Positions 25,700-39,050 of a DNA stretch of 64,000 bases are shown here, one piece after another (position 1 is the stretch's first letter; each line of letters starts with the position of its first letter). The stretch is from Octopus bimaculoides (taxonomy: Eukaryota), in NCBI RefSeq assembly GCF_001194135.2, contig NC_068999.1, positions 7,911,207-7,975,206 of the forward strand, given 5' to 3'. Under the pieces are notes generated by a model. It was given only the letters and a program-made list of their open reading frames with translations. It ran no database searches and was not told the DNA's origin. A program made the translations under genes and the position numbers.

Positions 25700-26389
25700 C
25701 GTGTCTGAGTCTATAGATATATCTGCAGTAACAAAAAGTAATTTTCATGGTTCTGATTCGTGACCTGTACACTGATGACTGCGGTCTCGTAAGCTAGACT
25801 GAGGAACTCCTTTAGCTCCTTATGGACAGTTCTTCATCCACGTTTGATGATTCAGGATTTACAATCTGTCTTGATCACATTGCTTCAGTCCCCACTTTCG
25901 ATCAGGCGTGAATTTCGATCAGCTATATATAATTGCTCTAAAATACGTTGAAAAATTAATTTAAATTACATATATCTAATCTTTTTATTGATTTTTTTAC
26001 GTCTTTTAATGTATTTCATCGTTTTATTCGTTTCACTTCTTTCTTTTACAGATATCAAAAAGTTTCCAACATGGCCGCTTCTAAGATGATGCATTACGTC
26101 ACACCACTATGAAATGCTTTCCAACAAGCAAAGAAAAATATTAAAAACAAATCACAGACAGAAATGCCGCGGGATATAATTTTTTTAAAGAAAAATATAA
26201 TTAAGGAATCGGTGATCAAAGTTCACCGAAAATAGCTTGTCGTGATAAACAATGAATTTCTAGACAACATATAAATTTAATAGACCAGAAAATTAAACAA
26301 AACTCAATTAAATATCGTTTGTAAAACCAGTGTGGGCATGTGTTGTTGCTTTCTGAGAAACATTCGTTAATTGCTTTGTTGAAAGCGTT

Positions 26390-26390
26390 A

Positions 26391-26464
<74 letters not shown>

Positions 26465-26541
26465 GCTGTTGTTGTTGTTGTTGTTGTTGTTATTCTTGCT
26501 GTTATTATTATTATCGTTATTTTCTTTGGTGTTGTTCCTGC

Positions 26542-26616
<75 letters not shown>

Positions 26617-26679
26617 CATCCTCATTGTCATTGTTGTTTTTGTCGTTGATGTTGTTGCTGTTGTTATTATTATTATAAC

Positions 26680-26719
<40 letters not shown>

Positions 26720-26720
26720 T
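26390..26720. repeat. Compound (TTA)n/(TTG)n microsatellite
   Basis: Direct inspection; explains ORFs 26308 and 26340. Confidence 0.95.
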
Positions 26721-27739
26721 GCTTTCGTACTTGCATTTTTTGGATTACTAACCTGAAAATAGATGGAAATAAACTATAATATTCTTTACTACTTATAAAG
26801 CACCGAAATCCATATTTGTTTTTTTTTTCTTCTTCTTTCTTGTTTTCTTTACTTTGACTAACTTACAAAGGATAAAAAAAAAAGAAAGATGCGGCCTGAC
26901 ACATTTTCTAGTTTAAAACTTTTTTCTTGTTTTAATTTTCATTTTTATTTCTTTTATTTTTACCCAATGTTGCAAAAGCTGTGTCGAAGATATTGAAGAT
27001 TGATTGCAACTAAACTACATAGTTGTACACATACACACGAGCACACGGATACTCGCACACGCACACATACATACATACATACATACATACATGCAAATAT
27101 ATATATATATATATATATATATGCATGCCGCCCAATGAGAAAATATAACTGAAAAATATTTATAAATATAACCTGAAAGGCACACACACACACACACACA
27201 CANNNNNNNNNNNNNNNNNNNNNNNNNNNNNNNNNNNNNNNNNNNNNNNNNNNNNNNNNNNNNNNNNNNNNNNNNNNNNNNNNNNNNNNNNNNNNNNNNN
27301 NNNNNNNNNNNNNNNNNNNNNNNNNNNNNNNNNNNNNNNNNNNNNNNNNNNNNNNNNNNNNNNNNNNNNNNNNNNNNNNNNNNNNNNNNNNNNNNNNNNN
27401 NNNNNNNNNNNNNNNNNNNNNNNNNNNNNNNNNNNNNNNNNNNNNNNNNNNNNNNNNNNNNNNNNNNNNNNNNNNNNNNNNNNNNNNNNNNNNNNNNNNN
27501 NNNNNNNNNNNNNNNNNNNNNNNNNNNNNNNNNNNNNNNNNNNNNNNNNNNNNNNNNNNNNNNNNNNNNNNNNNNNNNNNNNNNNNNNNNNNNNNNNNNN
27601 NNNNNNNNNNNNNNNNNNNNNNNNNNNNNNNNNNNNNNNNNNNNNNNNNNNNNNNNNNNNNNNNNNNNNNNNNNNNNNNNNNNNNNNNNNNNNNNNNNNN
27701 NNNNNNNNNNNNNNNNNNNNNNNNNNNNNNNNNNNNNNN

Positions 27740-27780
<41 letters not shown>

Positions 27781-27949
27781 AACTAGTAAAAAATAATGGT
27801 CATTACATATTACTCCTTTATTGGAGCAAATTTGGCTTACACTTGTTTCCAGTAGTCATTATTGATACATTAAGGATATATAAATATATATATATACATA
27901 TATAAACACATACATACATACAAACATACATACATACAAATATAAATAT

Positions 27950-28258
27950 ATGTATTTCGAGATGGAGGAGGAAATTGATTTTTACTCGGATATATCTACA
28001 AATGCTTCTAATACGAACGATAGCGAAAGTGACGAATACACATACGACTACCATACTTCAATCAGCACGTTACCTCTCTTGGAATTGATACCAGTGGCTA
28101 TTATGTACGGTCTAACTTTAATTCTTGGAGTAACTGGTAATGCATTGGTTATATTCTCCATAGCACATTACCGAAGAATGAGAACGCTCACAAATATATT
28201 TCTTCTCAGTTTGGCATCGGCAGATCTCCTTCTTATCGTTCTTTGTGTTCCTATAAAG
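27950..28258 (+). CDS. First coding exon of a class A (rhodopsin-like) peptide GPCR: N-terminus, TM1, ICL1, TM2
   Basis: MYFEMEEEIDFYSDISTNASNTNDSESDEYTYDYHTSISTLPLLELIPVAIMYGLTLILGVTGNALVIFSIAHYRRMRTLTNIFLLSLASADLLLIVLCVPIK. TM1 GN, ICL1 RRMRTLTN, TM2 LAxADL and CVP; N-glycosylation sequons NAS and NDS; phase-0 donor AAG|GTAAG at 28258/28259. ATG 27962 (gagATGG) has the better start context. Subfamily cannot be fixed from this exon. Confidence 0.92.
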
Positions 28259-28539
28259 GTAAGCAAAGTGTTTCATGATTTGCTATATAATACATCTTGT
28301 TTTGTTTGTTGCTATTGTTGTTGTTGTTGTTGTTGTAAGCATTGTTGCCGCTACTGTTACTGTTATTCCTCTTGTCAGACTTGACTGGTGAAAGTTACGA
28401 TCAAACATTCCAGTTCATGCCCCCTCCTTTCGCTTTTATCGAGAATGAAGATATGAGGATATGTTTCGTTTTTTTATTTAAACAAATACGGTCTGATCTA
28501 AGGAAGATTTTATTGTTCATTTAAAGAGGCCGTAACTAC

Positions 28540-28573
<34 letters not shown>

Positions 28574-29732
28574 AACTTTGGCTATCGTTCTCGTTTCCTT
28601 TTTTCTTCTTTGATATAGGAACGTATCTTTATTTCAGTCAATATTCTACGCAAACATTTAAGAGTGCATCTGAGAAAAGACCATGAAATTGATTAATAAC
28701 GTCTCAATCATCCGCACATTTAAACCTCTGGCAAAAATCCCGCCGTCTACACAAACACAACCGCATACTTACACACTCTCACACACGCTCTCTCTCTCTC
28801 ACTCTCTTTCTGTCTTTCTCTCTCTCTCTCTCACACACACATATACACAAACACACACACACACACACAGTATTTCTTTCTTACCTTCTCTCTCTTTCTC
28901 TCTCGCACTTTCTTTCCTACTCTCTCTTACACACACAATCATTCTTTCTTCTCTTCTCCCCCCCTCTCTCTCTCTCTCACTCAATTTTTTTCTGTGCTTC
29001 CTTTCAATACCATCTCTTCTGAACGCTGTCTTGTTGCGTACAACCTCTATCTAAGGTCATCTGATATACACATCCATCTCCTCTCTCGTTACTCATGAGG
29101 TGCGTTGCCTTTCCATTCTAGATACACTACAGACCAATTTTTCCCCAACTCCCTTCACATTTGACTACCTCTTTGGAAATCCTGCCTGATACACATATTT
29201 TATTTTCTTTCTGCAGTCCTTGACGTAGCGAATCTAAAACTTATTAATATCTCTGAAAAACAGAGGTGCCTCGCAAAGATAAGCCTCTCTGCATTTCTTT
29301 TTCCAACTAAACTGAAGGTCGTGTCTACATTTCTTTCTTTCCATTATCAACGCAGCTGAAAAGATGACGAGTTGGCCAAATCGTTAGAAAAAGATGCTTT
29401 GAGGTATTAATTTCAGTTCAAGTGCCGCCGTGATTAACTTCATCTTTCCTCACCCAGGGATCAATAAAAGTGCCAGTCTTGTACTGGAGTCGATTCAGTC
29501 GACTAATCTCCCTTCTTAGGTAACAATTCTTAAGGTAGTTAGAGTGTCATTAACGCTAAAACGTGTCAGCAAAATTCGCCGGCGGTGCTTTGTTTCACAT
29601 CTCGACCTTACGCGATCGAACCTATAGAGTCTTTACATATTAGTAATATCTCAAACATCTTCCAGGATTATTGAAAGAAGAGAAATGGTAAGTAGTGGGC
29701 ATAAGTGTCTTGCTTTATTTGGTTATTCCTAA

Positions 29733-29779
29733 GGCGGCGAGCTAGCAGAACCGTTAGCACGCCAGGCAAAATGCTTAGG
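29733..29779 (+). mobile_element. SINE family 1 head, truncated
   Basis: ggcggcgagctagcagaaccgttagcacgccaggcaaaatgcttagg. Confidence 0.75.
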
Positions 29780-29781
29780 TA

Positions 29782-29903
29782 CCCAACATCCCAGAAAGGC
29801 GTAATGCCACAACCCTAGCCAAACACGTCGGGGCTTTAAAAGAAAGCGCCTTGGAGTACAGCATAAAGTGGAAGATCATAGAAAGATGCAAGCCGTACTT
29901 CAA

Positions 29904-29904
<1 letters not shown>
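29782..29904 (+). pseudogene. Fragment of a Penelope-like GIY-YIG endonuclease domain
   Basis: PNIPERRNATTLAKHVGALKESALEYSIKWKIIERCKPYFN matches the recalled PLE pattern (N/S)T.L(S/A)K(H/Y).W.LK....Y.I.WKI....PY. Confidence 0.7.
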
Positions 29905-29943
<39 letters not shown>

Positions 29944-30375
29944 GAGTCAGAGAACGTTGCATGCCATCAAAATGACGCTGCGGTAAAATATACGAAGCCC
30001 AATATACCCATCATGACTCCCCGTCTGATAAGGGTACACCAGGCACATGCATCACAACCATATGTGCACGACATGGCGATCTCAGTTCAAGGTAAACCGC
30101 ATGAACTTGCAGTTAGGGCCGAATTAGAATTTTCTTCGGGTCGAGTAGCCCATCCCACTCAAAAGATCCCTGAATAAGGTTTATTTAAGGATATTGAACG
30201 AAACACCCATGTTTCCACAGGTGAATTATCCAAACCCCAAATAATTCCTTTCGACACATGGCTATGATGCTCCCCACTACTTCTACTCGTGATCGGAGAT
30301 GCACATATCGTCAGCCACTAAGGGACATGCTCAACTAGTTAAGGTCAAACAACTGACAAGCAAATCTGTGGTAAT
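29944..30375. mobile_element. Unclassified interspersed repeat abutting (TAT)n
   Basis: GC-richer block I recognise as an abundant octopus repeat; single copy in this window, class not determinable here. Confidence 0.5.
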
Positions 30376-30661
30376 AAGTAGAATATTTACTATTTTATCA
30401 TATATATATATTTGCATTTATTATTTTGATACTTCTCGCATTTTTCTTATATTTCATATATCATATATATACATGTACTTACGTAATATATATAGATGTG
30501 TGTGGTTAATTATATATGTGTCTTTAATATATATTAGATACGTACCTGTATATACATATAAGTATGTAAATATACATATATGTATGAATATGTGTATATA
30601 TGTGTGTGAGTCTGCTTGTTTAACTTCATGAACAAAAATGAATATATAGCAAGTTATAAAC

Positions 30662-30724
<63 letters not shown>

Positions 30725-32417
30725 TAGATAGATAGATGAGTGTGTGTGTGTGTGTGTGTTTATCCGTAGATCTTTAAATGCAAGTCTACATTTTGTCATT
30801 TTGTTTGGGAATAATATGCCTGTATACTTAAAGTATGATTCGATTTTTATACGTTTTCCATATTTGTATTTCAATAAATATAAACATGATATACAAACAC
30901 GCTTTCCCAAACTCATAAATATAAATGTATTCACGGAAATGAGAACATTTTGATATGTCTCAATGTATCTATTTCTTATAAATGAAACACAAGTTGACAC
31001 GGAAATTGTGAACTGAGGTGTGCATACATTTTTGTGGAAGCATCCTTAAATGCTGAATATTTATTGAAATTTATATGGTACCTGTGGTTGGTAGCTAGAA
31101 CCAAATCATCGTCTTTCATTATATTTGTGATATCAACAGTGCTCTCATTTTTTTTTTCCTATGTTGAAGGTTTGAAGATATTTCAGTCAGAATAAGTCTT
31201 GTAATATATCTAGTAATATATCTTATATTTTATTTGAAGCTTAGAGCTATAAGTATAAGTACTGGATTATGAATATATCTTTAGGAATGTATTCAGATCC
31301 ACCTATCGAAGCAGAACGAACCGGAATCTGGACTTGTTGAATTATTCAACATTGACGAATTCTGTTCTGAAAGGAACATCCACTTATGTTATATCCACTT
31401 GAAGAGAGAGCAGCAAGAGGGAGAACGAAAGAGAGATAGAGAGGGGGAAGTTTGAGGAAAAACCACACCTGTATTGTTCGGACACCACCTGACGTAAACA
31501 TCACACTAATGTCAATTAAAATAGATATATTGCAGTCATTATGTCACATTCCAAATTCTTTTCAGTCGAATCTTTCATTCCTTCTTACTTTCAGATTTCA
31601 AGGGAGCTGCATTAGGAATCATTAATACTATAATTCAATCACAAGCCACAACGGATTCCTTTCAGATCCTCGGATCTTTTCTTCTTCCATTATTACCGAA
31701 CAGCCATGCAGTCCGCCATATTTGTTTCTGTTGTTTAATACTTTCTCTTTTCTCCCAGAATGCATACGTCGCTGTTGTTATCTCTTTCATAAGTTTTAGC
31801 TGCGAGTGTAGTTCTTACTATCATATCTCTGTTGTAGCTGCGGATATAGATGTAGCTGTTATCTCATTCATAACTTATAGCATAAGATATTGCCGTCATT
31901 GTTGTTTTGCCTTTATGTAACTGTTATATAGGTTTGGTCGTTTGCTTTTTGTTTGTTTCCTTTCATTCTATTCGTATTTTGCGCAGCAATGATGCTGCAG
32001 GTATCCTATGGGAACATCAACATCAAGCCAAACCAAACCAAACCAAACCGATCAGTTAGCTAACTTGTAATTATTTATATCACATCTAGCTCTCACTGCT
32101 TCTTGGAGCGTGATGTTTTATCGGTATATCTATCTAAAATGTATTCACCTATTCAAATATTTCATTCATATACATCCGAAAACAAAGCCTCAGATCTGGA
32201 AACTTCTTCCCATCATATGCTTACTTTACCTCTTACAACGGCTGTTTTACGAACATCTCTTCAATCTATCTGCAATCTCCTTTCTAAAAGTTTCTTACAT
32301 TACTCAGAAAACCCAACCGATTGGTCCGTCTTTTAGACGACTAATAACTACCCCAGCGATGCCTTTCTTCGTAATCTGGTTACAGGAAATGCTATCTTTT
32401 TGAATTCGACAATATGC

Positions 32418-32700
32418 GCAGGCGTAGCTGTGTGGTAAGGAGTTTTGCTTCCCAGCCACATGGTTCCGGATTCGATCGCACTGCGTGGTACCTTGAGCAA
32501 GTAACTTCCACTATAGCATCCGGGCTTACCAAAGCTTTGTGAGCGGATTTGGGCAACGGAAGCTGAAAGAAGCCCGCTGTGTGTATATATGTGTGAGAGT
32601 GTGTGTTTGGTTTGTGTGTGTATCTGTGTTTGTCCCTCACCACGGCTTCACAACGAGAGTTGGTATGTTTACGTCCCCGTAACGTATCTTTTCAGCATAA
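32418..32700 (+). mobile_element. SINE family 2, head and body
   Basis: gcgcaggcgtagctgtgtggtaag (A-box-like), ggttccggattcgatc (B-box-like), ccttgagcaagt, gaagctgaaagaagcccg. Confidence 0.85.
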
Positions 32701-33139
32701 GAAGTAGAATGACCAAACACAAGCTTCTCAACAGTTACGATGGGATTTTGTTCCAGCTTGTCGAGTTTTACAGATCTTCCAGGACGTGGCTCGTCGTCTA
32801 GGAAACAACGTTGACACTAGCTTACGCTTATTGTCCGATCCCCATATGCTGCATTAGTATTCCTCGCACTTTCCGTTGCGTTGTTGCTTTTATTGAACTC
32901 ATAAAGCAAAATATGGCGAATATACTCGTTTGTCACTTCCATTATAGCTTTGAAAAGATAATTGTTAAAATCGAATTGCTCTCTTCAAAACTTGCACTAA
33001 GAAAAAGTACAATGTAAAATTACTAGTAGCTTTTATAGTTGATGCAGGTGGTTTATCCCGTCCCCCCTCCGACTTTTAGTTCATGTAATTGAAAAACCGC
33101 ATAATTTACGGGATGACCCAATGCATATGTATTTGTGTG

Positions 33140-33243
<104 letters not shown>

Positions 33244-33712
33244 TCTCTCTCTCTCTCGCTATATATANNNNNNNNNNNNNNNNNNNNNNNNNNNNNNNNN
33301 NNNNNNNNNNNNNNNNNNNNNNNNNNNNNNNNNNNNNNNNNNNNNNNNNNNNNNNNNNNNNNNNNNNNNNNNNNNNNNNNNNNNNNNNNNNNNNNNNNNN
33401 NNNNNNNNNNNNNNNNNNNNNNNNNNNNNNNNNNNNNNNNNNNNNNNNNNNNNNNNNNNNNNNNNNNNNNNNNNNNNNNNNNNNNNNNNNNNNNNNNNNN
33501 NNNNNNNNNNNNNNNNNNNNNNNNNNNNNNNNNNNNNNNNNNNNNNNNNNNNNNNNNNNNNNNNNNNNNNNNNNNNNNNNNNNNNNNNNNNNNNNNNNNN
33601 NNNNNNNNNNNNNNNNNNNNNNNNNNNNNNNNNNNNNNNNNNNNNNNNNNNNNNNNNNNNNNNNNNNNNNNNNNNNNNNNNNNNNNNNNNNNNNNNNNNN
33701 NNNNNNNNNNNN

Positions 33713-33769
<57 letters not shown>

Positions 33770-34917
33770 CACACATATATATGTGTGTGTGTATGTATGT
33801 GCATATATATGAATGTATGTATATTTATATATGCACTTAGTTTCCCTCAATGTTTGAAACTTAGCTCTGTTCCGGAAACTAGCAAGACCAACATCAAAAG
33901 ATGTTATTAAAAATGAACAAACTTACCCCAACCTGTAACCTAAATATATATCAGGCAACTTAAGAAACTACACAATGAAAGGTCAGATACATGCTTGCTG
34001 AAATATAGAAGCATACGAAAGCGAAATATCTTAAGTCGAACACAAACTGTACGAACGTAAAAAAATTATATTGCAATATAATAACTTAGAAAAAAAGAAA
34101 TATCTCTTTAAAAATTTAGTCTAATAAGAACGGCAGTAGAATTCATTGCTGATATACATCAGAAGATACGAAACCTGTACACGCTGTTATCTCTTACTGC
34201 TCGTGGATAACTTTCATATCACCAGCACAAATGATTAAGCTAAGGTACGCATGGGGATATTACTGGCGCCAGAATATTAGATGTTGTTTGTTTACTGCTT
34301 TCTCTGTCTGTTAAAATTTCTACTTCTCCTCTCTTTCGCTTTCTCTCTGTCTCTCGCTCTTTCTTTCTGTCTCTTCATGTAATTATACATGGTGTGCCTC
34401 TGTGTGTGTGAGTGAGTGTGTGTATCTGTGTGTGTGTTTGTCTGCGTATTTCTGTATATATTCACATACATTTATGTGTATGAGCATGAATAATATAGAT
34501 ATGTATAAATATTTATACGCATATATATGCATATTCATATATATATATATATATATATANNNNNNNNNNNNNNNNNNNNNNNNNNNNNNNNNNNNNNNNN
34601 NNNNNNNNNNNNNNNNNNNNNNNNNNNNNNNNNNNNNNNNNNNNNNNNNNNNNNNNNNNNNNNNNNNNNNNNNNNNNNNNNNNNNNNNNNNNNNNNNNNN
34701 NNNNNNNNNNNNNNNNNNNNNNNNNNNNNNNNNNNNNNNNNNNNNNNNNNNNNNNNNNNNNNNNNNNNNNNNNNNNNNNNNNNNNAATATATATACATAT
34801 ATATTCACACCTGTGTTTTATATATTATATATATATATATGAATATATATATACATATATGCATAAATACATTTATATATACATATATATACATATTTAT
34901 ACACACACACACACACT

Positions 34918-34966
<49 letters not shown>

Positions 34967-35088
34967 GTATATGTATGATATTTATGTATGTATATATATG
35001 TTTGTGTGTGTGTGTACAGGTATGCATGAATATATTATATCTGAACATCATACACACATACACTCTATCGTGTGTGTGTGGGATGTCG

Positions 35089-35136
<48 letters not shown>

Positions 35137-35684
35137 CATGTATGTATGTATGTACGTAAATATATATATACCAGAAGAATCACACGAGATGCACACGCTA
35201 TCTGGCATAAAATTCAGTGGTTGAATTTCTGAATAAAACCGTACAAAAATACGAAAATGTTAGTATTTGAACGGATGCGTCGCGTCTATGTGTACCACCG
35301 CATTTACATCTATGCCGTAAACACGAACGGACATACAAATATACGTTTGGACATAAGTCACGCGATGTAAATTTTCAGAGAAAATTCTCCCGACAGTTTA
35401 TCTGAGAAAATAATTTTCTCGGATTATCTATCTCCAATGCGTTTCCTCACATAAAAGTAATATTCAAACGATTTCAAGGAACGCAAGAATCTTGTGAAGG
35501 TTGGAAGAATGGAATTCGTTGGTTTCTAATTGATATTTGGAATTATATGGTAATGGAATTGCATACGTTTGATGAAGATTCTCTTTTGAATGAAGGTAAG
35601 ATGAAACGAAATTGAATGACCATACATAAGTACCAAAATAGAACCGTAACTATTCACGAGGTTTAGATAACTATACATATAATG

Positions 35685-35717
<33 letters not shown>

Positions 35718-35796
35718 ATATGTATATATGTGTGTATATATGTATATATGTGTCTATATATGTATATAAGTGTGTGTATATATATAGATATGTATA

Positions 35797-35845
<49 letters not shown>

Positions 35846-36442
35846 NNNNNNNNNNNNNNNNNNNNNNNNNNNNNNNNNNNNNNNNNNNNNNNNNNNNNNN
35901 NNNNNNNNNNNNNNNNNNNNNNNNNNNNNNNATATATACGTACCTATGAATATGACGAAATGGCCAAAGTGCGTCTGACCTCATCTTCGTTTAAATCCAA
36001 CTCACAAATGCGATCGTCATTTATCAACGATCGCCGGTTGCTCACTTTCGTAAGCAATGGAAAAGCAGTATATATCACAAGTGTTTGCAAGACACACAGT
36101 CTCGGATATAACCAAAATGGCTTGCCTTAACCAGCATAACAGTACACGAGTTATGGGAACATTTCATGAAGTCATAGAACTACTCGTTTCCAGGTGAAAA
36201 ACAGATATGTCATAAGCTTAAAGATGTGTACTACACTTCACGTGTTTTCCCTGTAATATGTAATTCATTCAGCAAAGGTTTAAAAGGGTCGTTTACTACA
36301 GACAAATACCCATAGGTTTATCTCTCATTTACGCTTTTCCTAAATGAGTAGAGAATTTCAACTCATTTTTTTGTTTCACTGAATCTAGAGGCAGACCAGT
36401 TTAGTTATATCCGAGTTTATGTATATTATGTGTCGCTTTGCT

Positions 36443-36731
36443 CTGTTATTGTCACTGATTTCAGGAAAATACTTTAGTGTTTAACTGACGAAGTGATAAG
36501 AAATCACGAAACTAGTTGAATCTGTTATTGTCACTGATTTCATNNNNNNNNNNNNNNNNNNNNNNNNNNNNNNNNNNNNNNNNNNNNNNNNNNNNNNNCT
36601 CTGTTATTGTCACTGATTTCAGGAAAATACTTTAGTGTTTAACTGACGAAGTGATAAGAAATCACGAAACTAGTTGAATCTGTTATTGTCACTGATTTCA
36701 TGAAAATACTTTAGTGTTTAACTGACGAAGT
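36443..36731 (+). repeat. 79-bp tandem repeat spanning an N gap
   Basis: Unit starts 36443, 36522, 36601, 36680; last unit truncated; may be partly an assembly duplication. Confidence 0.85.
36479..36520 (+). ncRNA. Hammerhead motif, family E (second copy 36637-36678)
   Basis: CTGACGA-a-GTGAT(aagaa)ATCAC-GAAA-CTAG-TT; canonical core, 5-bp stem II, palindromic ACTAGT stem III; stem I is poor. Confidence 0.6.
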
Positions 36732-36759
36732 ATATATATGTATGTATATGCCTGTATGT

Positions 36760-36940
36760 CTGTGTTTGTCCCCCAAACATCGCTTCACAACCGATGTTTG
36801 TGTGTTTACGTTCCGTAACTTAGCGGTTCGGCAAAATAGACTGATAAAATAAGTACTAGGCTTGGAAAGAATAAGTCCTTGGATAGATTTGCTCGACTAA
36901 AGGCGGTGTTCCAGCATGGCCGCAGTCAAATGATTGACTT
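36760..36940 (+). mobile_element. SINE family 2, 3' part
   Basis: tgtttgtcccc..aacatcgct...gtaacttagcggttcggcaaaa...cagcatggccgcagtcaaatga. Confidence 0.85.
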
Positions 36941-37269
36941 CATATGCGTGAGGGGGCGCGCGTGCGTGTGTGTGTATGTGATTGTGCATAATTACGTATA
37001 TATATATATTTATAATTACGCATGTATATACGTAATTACGTACATATAAATACGTTTGTATGCATATGTATATACACTTATATATATATATATATATAAA
37101 GAGGGAAATAGAAATAGAGAGTGAGAGGGAGAGAGGGAACGAGAGGAGGAGGAACAGACAGATGCATACATGTATAGATAAATACATTGCATACACACAG
37201 ATGGATACATTTATGTCAGTTTGTATAGAAATATGGAAATGAACAAAATTCGAATTCGATTAGACTCAG

Positions 37270-37300
<31 letters not shown>

Positions 37301-38159
37301 NNNNNNNNNNNNNNNNNNNNNNNNNNNNNNNNNNNNNNNNNNNNNNNNNNNNNNNNNNNNNNNNNNNNNNNNNNNNNNNNNNNNNNNNNNNNNNNNNNNN
37401 NNNNNNNNNNNNNNNNNNNNNNNNNNNNNNNNNNNNNNNNNNNNNNNNNNNNNNNNNNNNNNNNNNNNNNNNNNNNNNNNNNNNNNNNNNNNNNNNNNNN
37501 NNNNNNNNNNNNNNNNNNNNNNNNNNNNNNNNNNNNNNNNNNNNNNNNNNNNNNNNNNNNNNNNNNNNNNNNNNNNNNNNNNNNNNNNNNNNNNNNNNNN
37601 NNNNNNNNNNNNNNNNNNNNNNNNNNNNNNNNNNNNNNNNNNNNNNNNNNNNNNNNNNNNNNNNNNNNNNNNNNNNNNNNATATATATATATATATAATT
37701 ACTATCTAATAATTTGTGCATACAAAGCCTTAGAAAAATACCTATTATCCCACTGAGAGAACTACCTGTCCGTTTTTCCATTGTCTTTCTTGAATTACTG
37801 ACTGTACACTATTGTTCAATCCCGCACCGTTTTGTGCCAGAGTAATTAGGAGTGAAGCAAATGAGATACTCTCGGGTGTTGAATAATACTGTTATACGAC
37901 AAGTAGACATTTGTAATATCATATTTCAGACAGATTTATTGCTAAACTCATTGGAGTGTTGTTGTGTTATCACTAATGTGTTGTGTCAGTCACTTTGGTG
38001 GTTTTCTCGTATCAGGATATATTCATGAATATCAATATAGTTGTGTATCCATGTATGTTTATACATATAGGTATAACATAAACTATATCATTATATAAAA
38101 TATACTCACATGTACTGATACAAATGTGTATATTCTGTATATATTGATAAAAAGCGTTT

Positions 38160-38310
38160 GTGTGTGTGTAATAAGCTTGCTTCCCAACTACATGGTACCG
38201 GGTTCAGTCCCACAGCGTAGCACTTTGGACAAGTGTCTTCTACTATAGCCTCGGGCCGACCAAAGCCTTGTGAGTGGAGTTAGTAGACGGAAACTGGAAG
38301 AAGCCTTTCG
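38160..38310 (+). mobile_element. SINE family 2 head
   Basis: gggttcagtcccac...aagtgtcttctactatagcctcgggccgaccaaagccttgtgagtgga. Confidence 0.85.
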
Positions 38311-38871
38311 TGTATGTATGCATATATATATATATATATAACGTGAGAGAGTTAGGGGTTGGGGGTACAACCCACTAAGGGATAGTATCTATCCAGTATA
38401 CTGCTGGGAGGGTACCCAATTATTGCTACGCTAGTGCTATACTAGGTGCAATCAATGGGAGCGGGTAAAAGTGGAGGTTTTACCCAAAATTTGTGTAACA
38501 ATTAGAAAATGGAGGATAATATGCTGAACCCAACTACTTGCAGACGGTGTATCCCGTTGAATTCATTAATTTAATTCATAGCAAAAGTGACAAAAGAGAG
38601 GAAGAAAAGAAAAAGAAAGAAAGAACCAAAGCACAGGTGTCCATGGCAGACTATGTTATTTTGCCAACATGGTTTACATATAGAAGTACAAAGTACATAA
38701 GGAATTAGAGGATATATATATATATATTCATGTATTGTGCGTATGTGTGTGTTTGTGTCTGTGTGTCTGTGTGTCTGTGTTTGTGCCTTTGTTTGTCCAC
38801 CCGCCATCCCTTGACAAACAATGTTGGTGTGTTTACGTTACCACAACTTAGTATCTTACTCGGGTGTTGAA

Positions 38872-39050
38872 GGCGGCGAAATGACATGACAGACTCCTTA
38901 ACGTCCGTTTTTACGTTCTGAGTTGAAATTCCGGAGGTCGACTTTGCCTTTCATCCTCTTGGGGTGGGGTCGATAAAAATAGGTAACAGTTGAGTACAGG
39001 GGTCGATGTAATCGACTATCTCGTTCTCGCAAGTAATTTCAGGGCTTTTG
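38872..39050 (+). mobile_element. SINE family 1, degenerate
   Basis: ggcggcga...gaggtcgactttgcctttcatcc...ggggtcgatgtaatcgac. Confidence 0.7.

Noticed and set aside
28259-28384. Continuation of the GPCR ORF (VSKVFHDLLYNTSCFVCCYCCCC...)
   Set aside because: Begins at a consensus GTAAG donor, loses GPCR similarity and runs into (TGT)n; intron read-through
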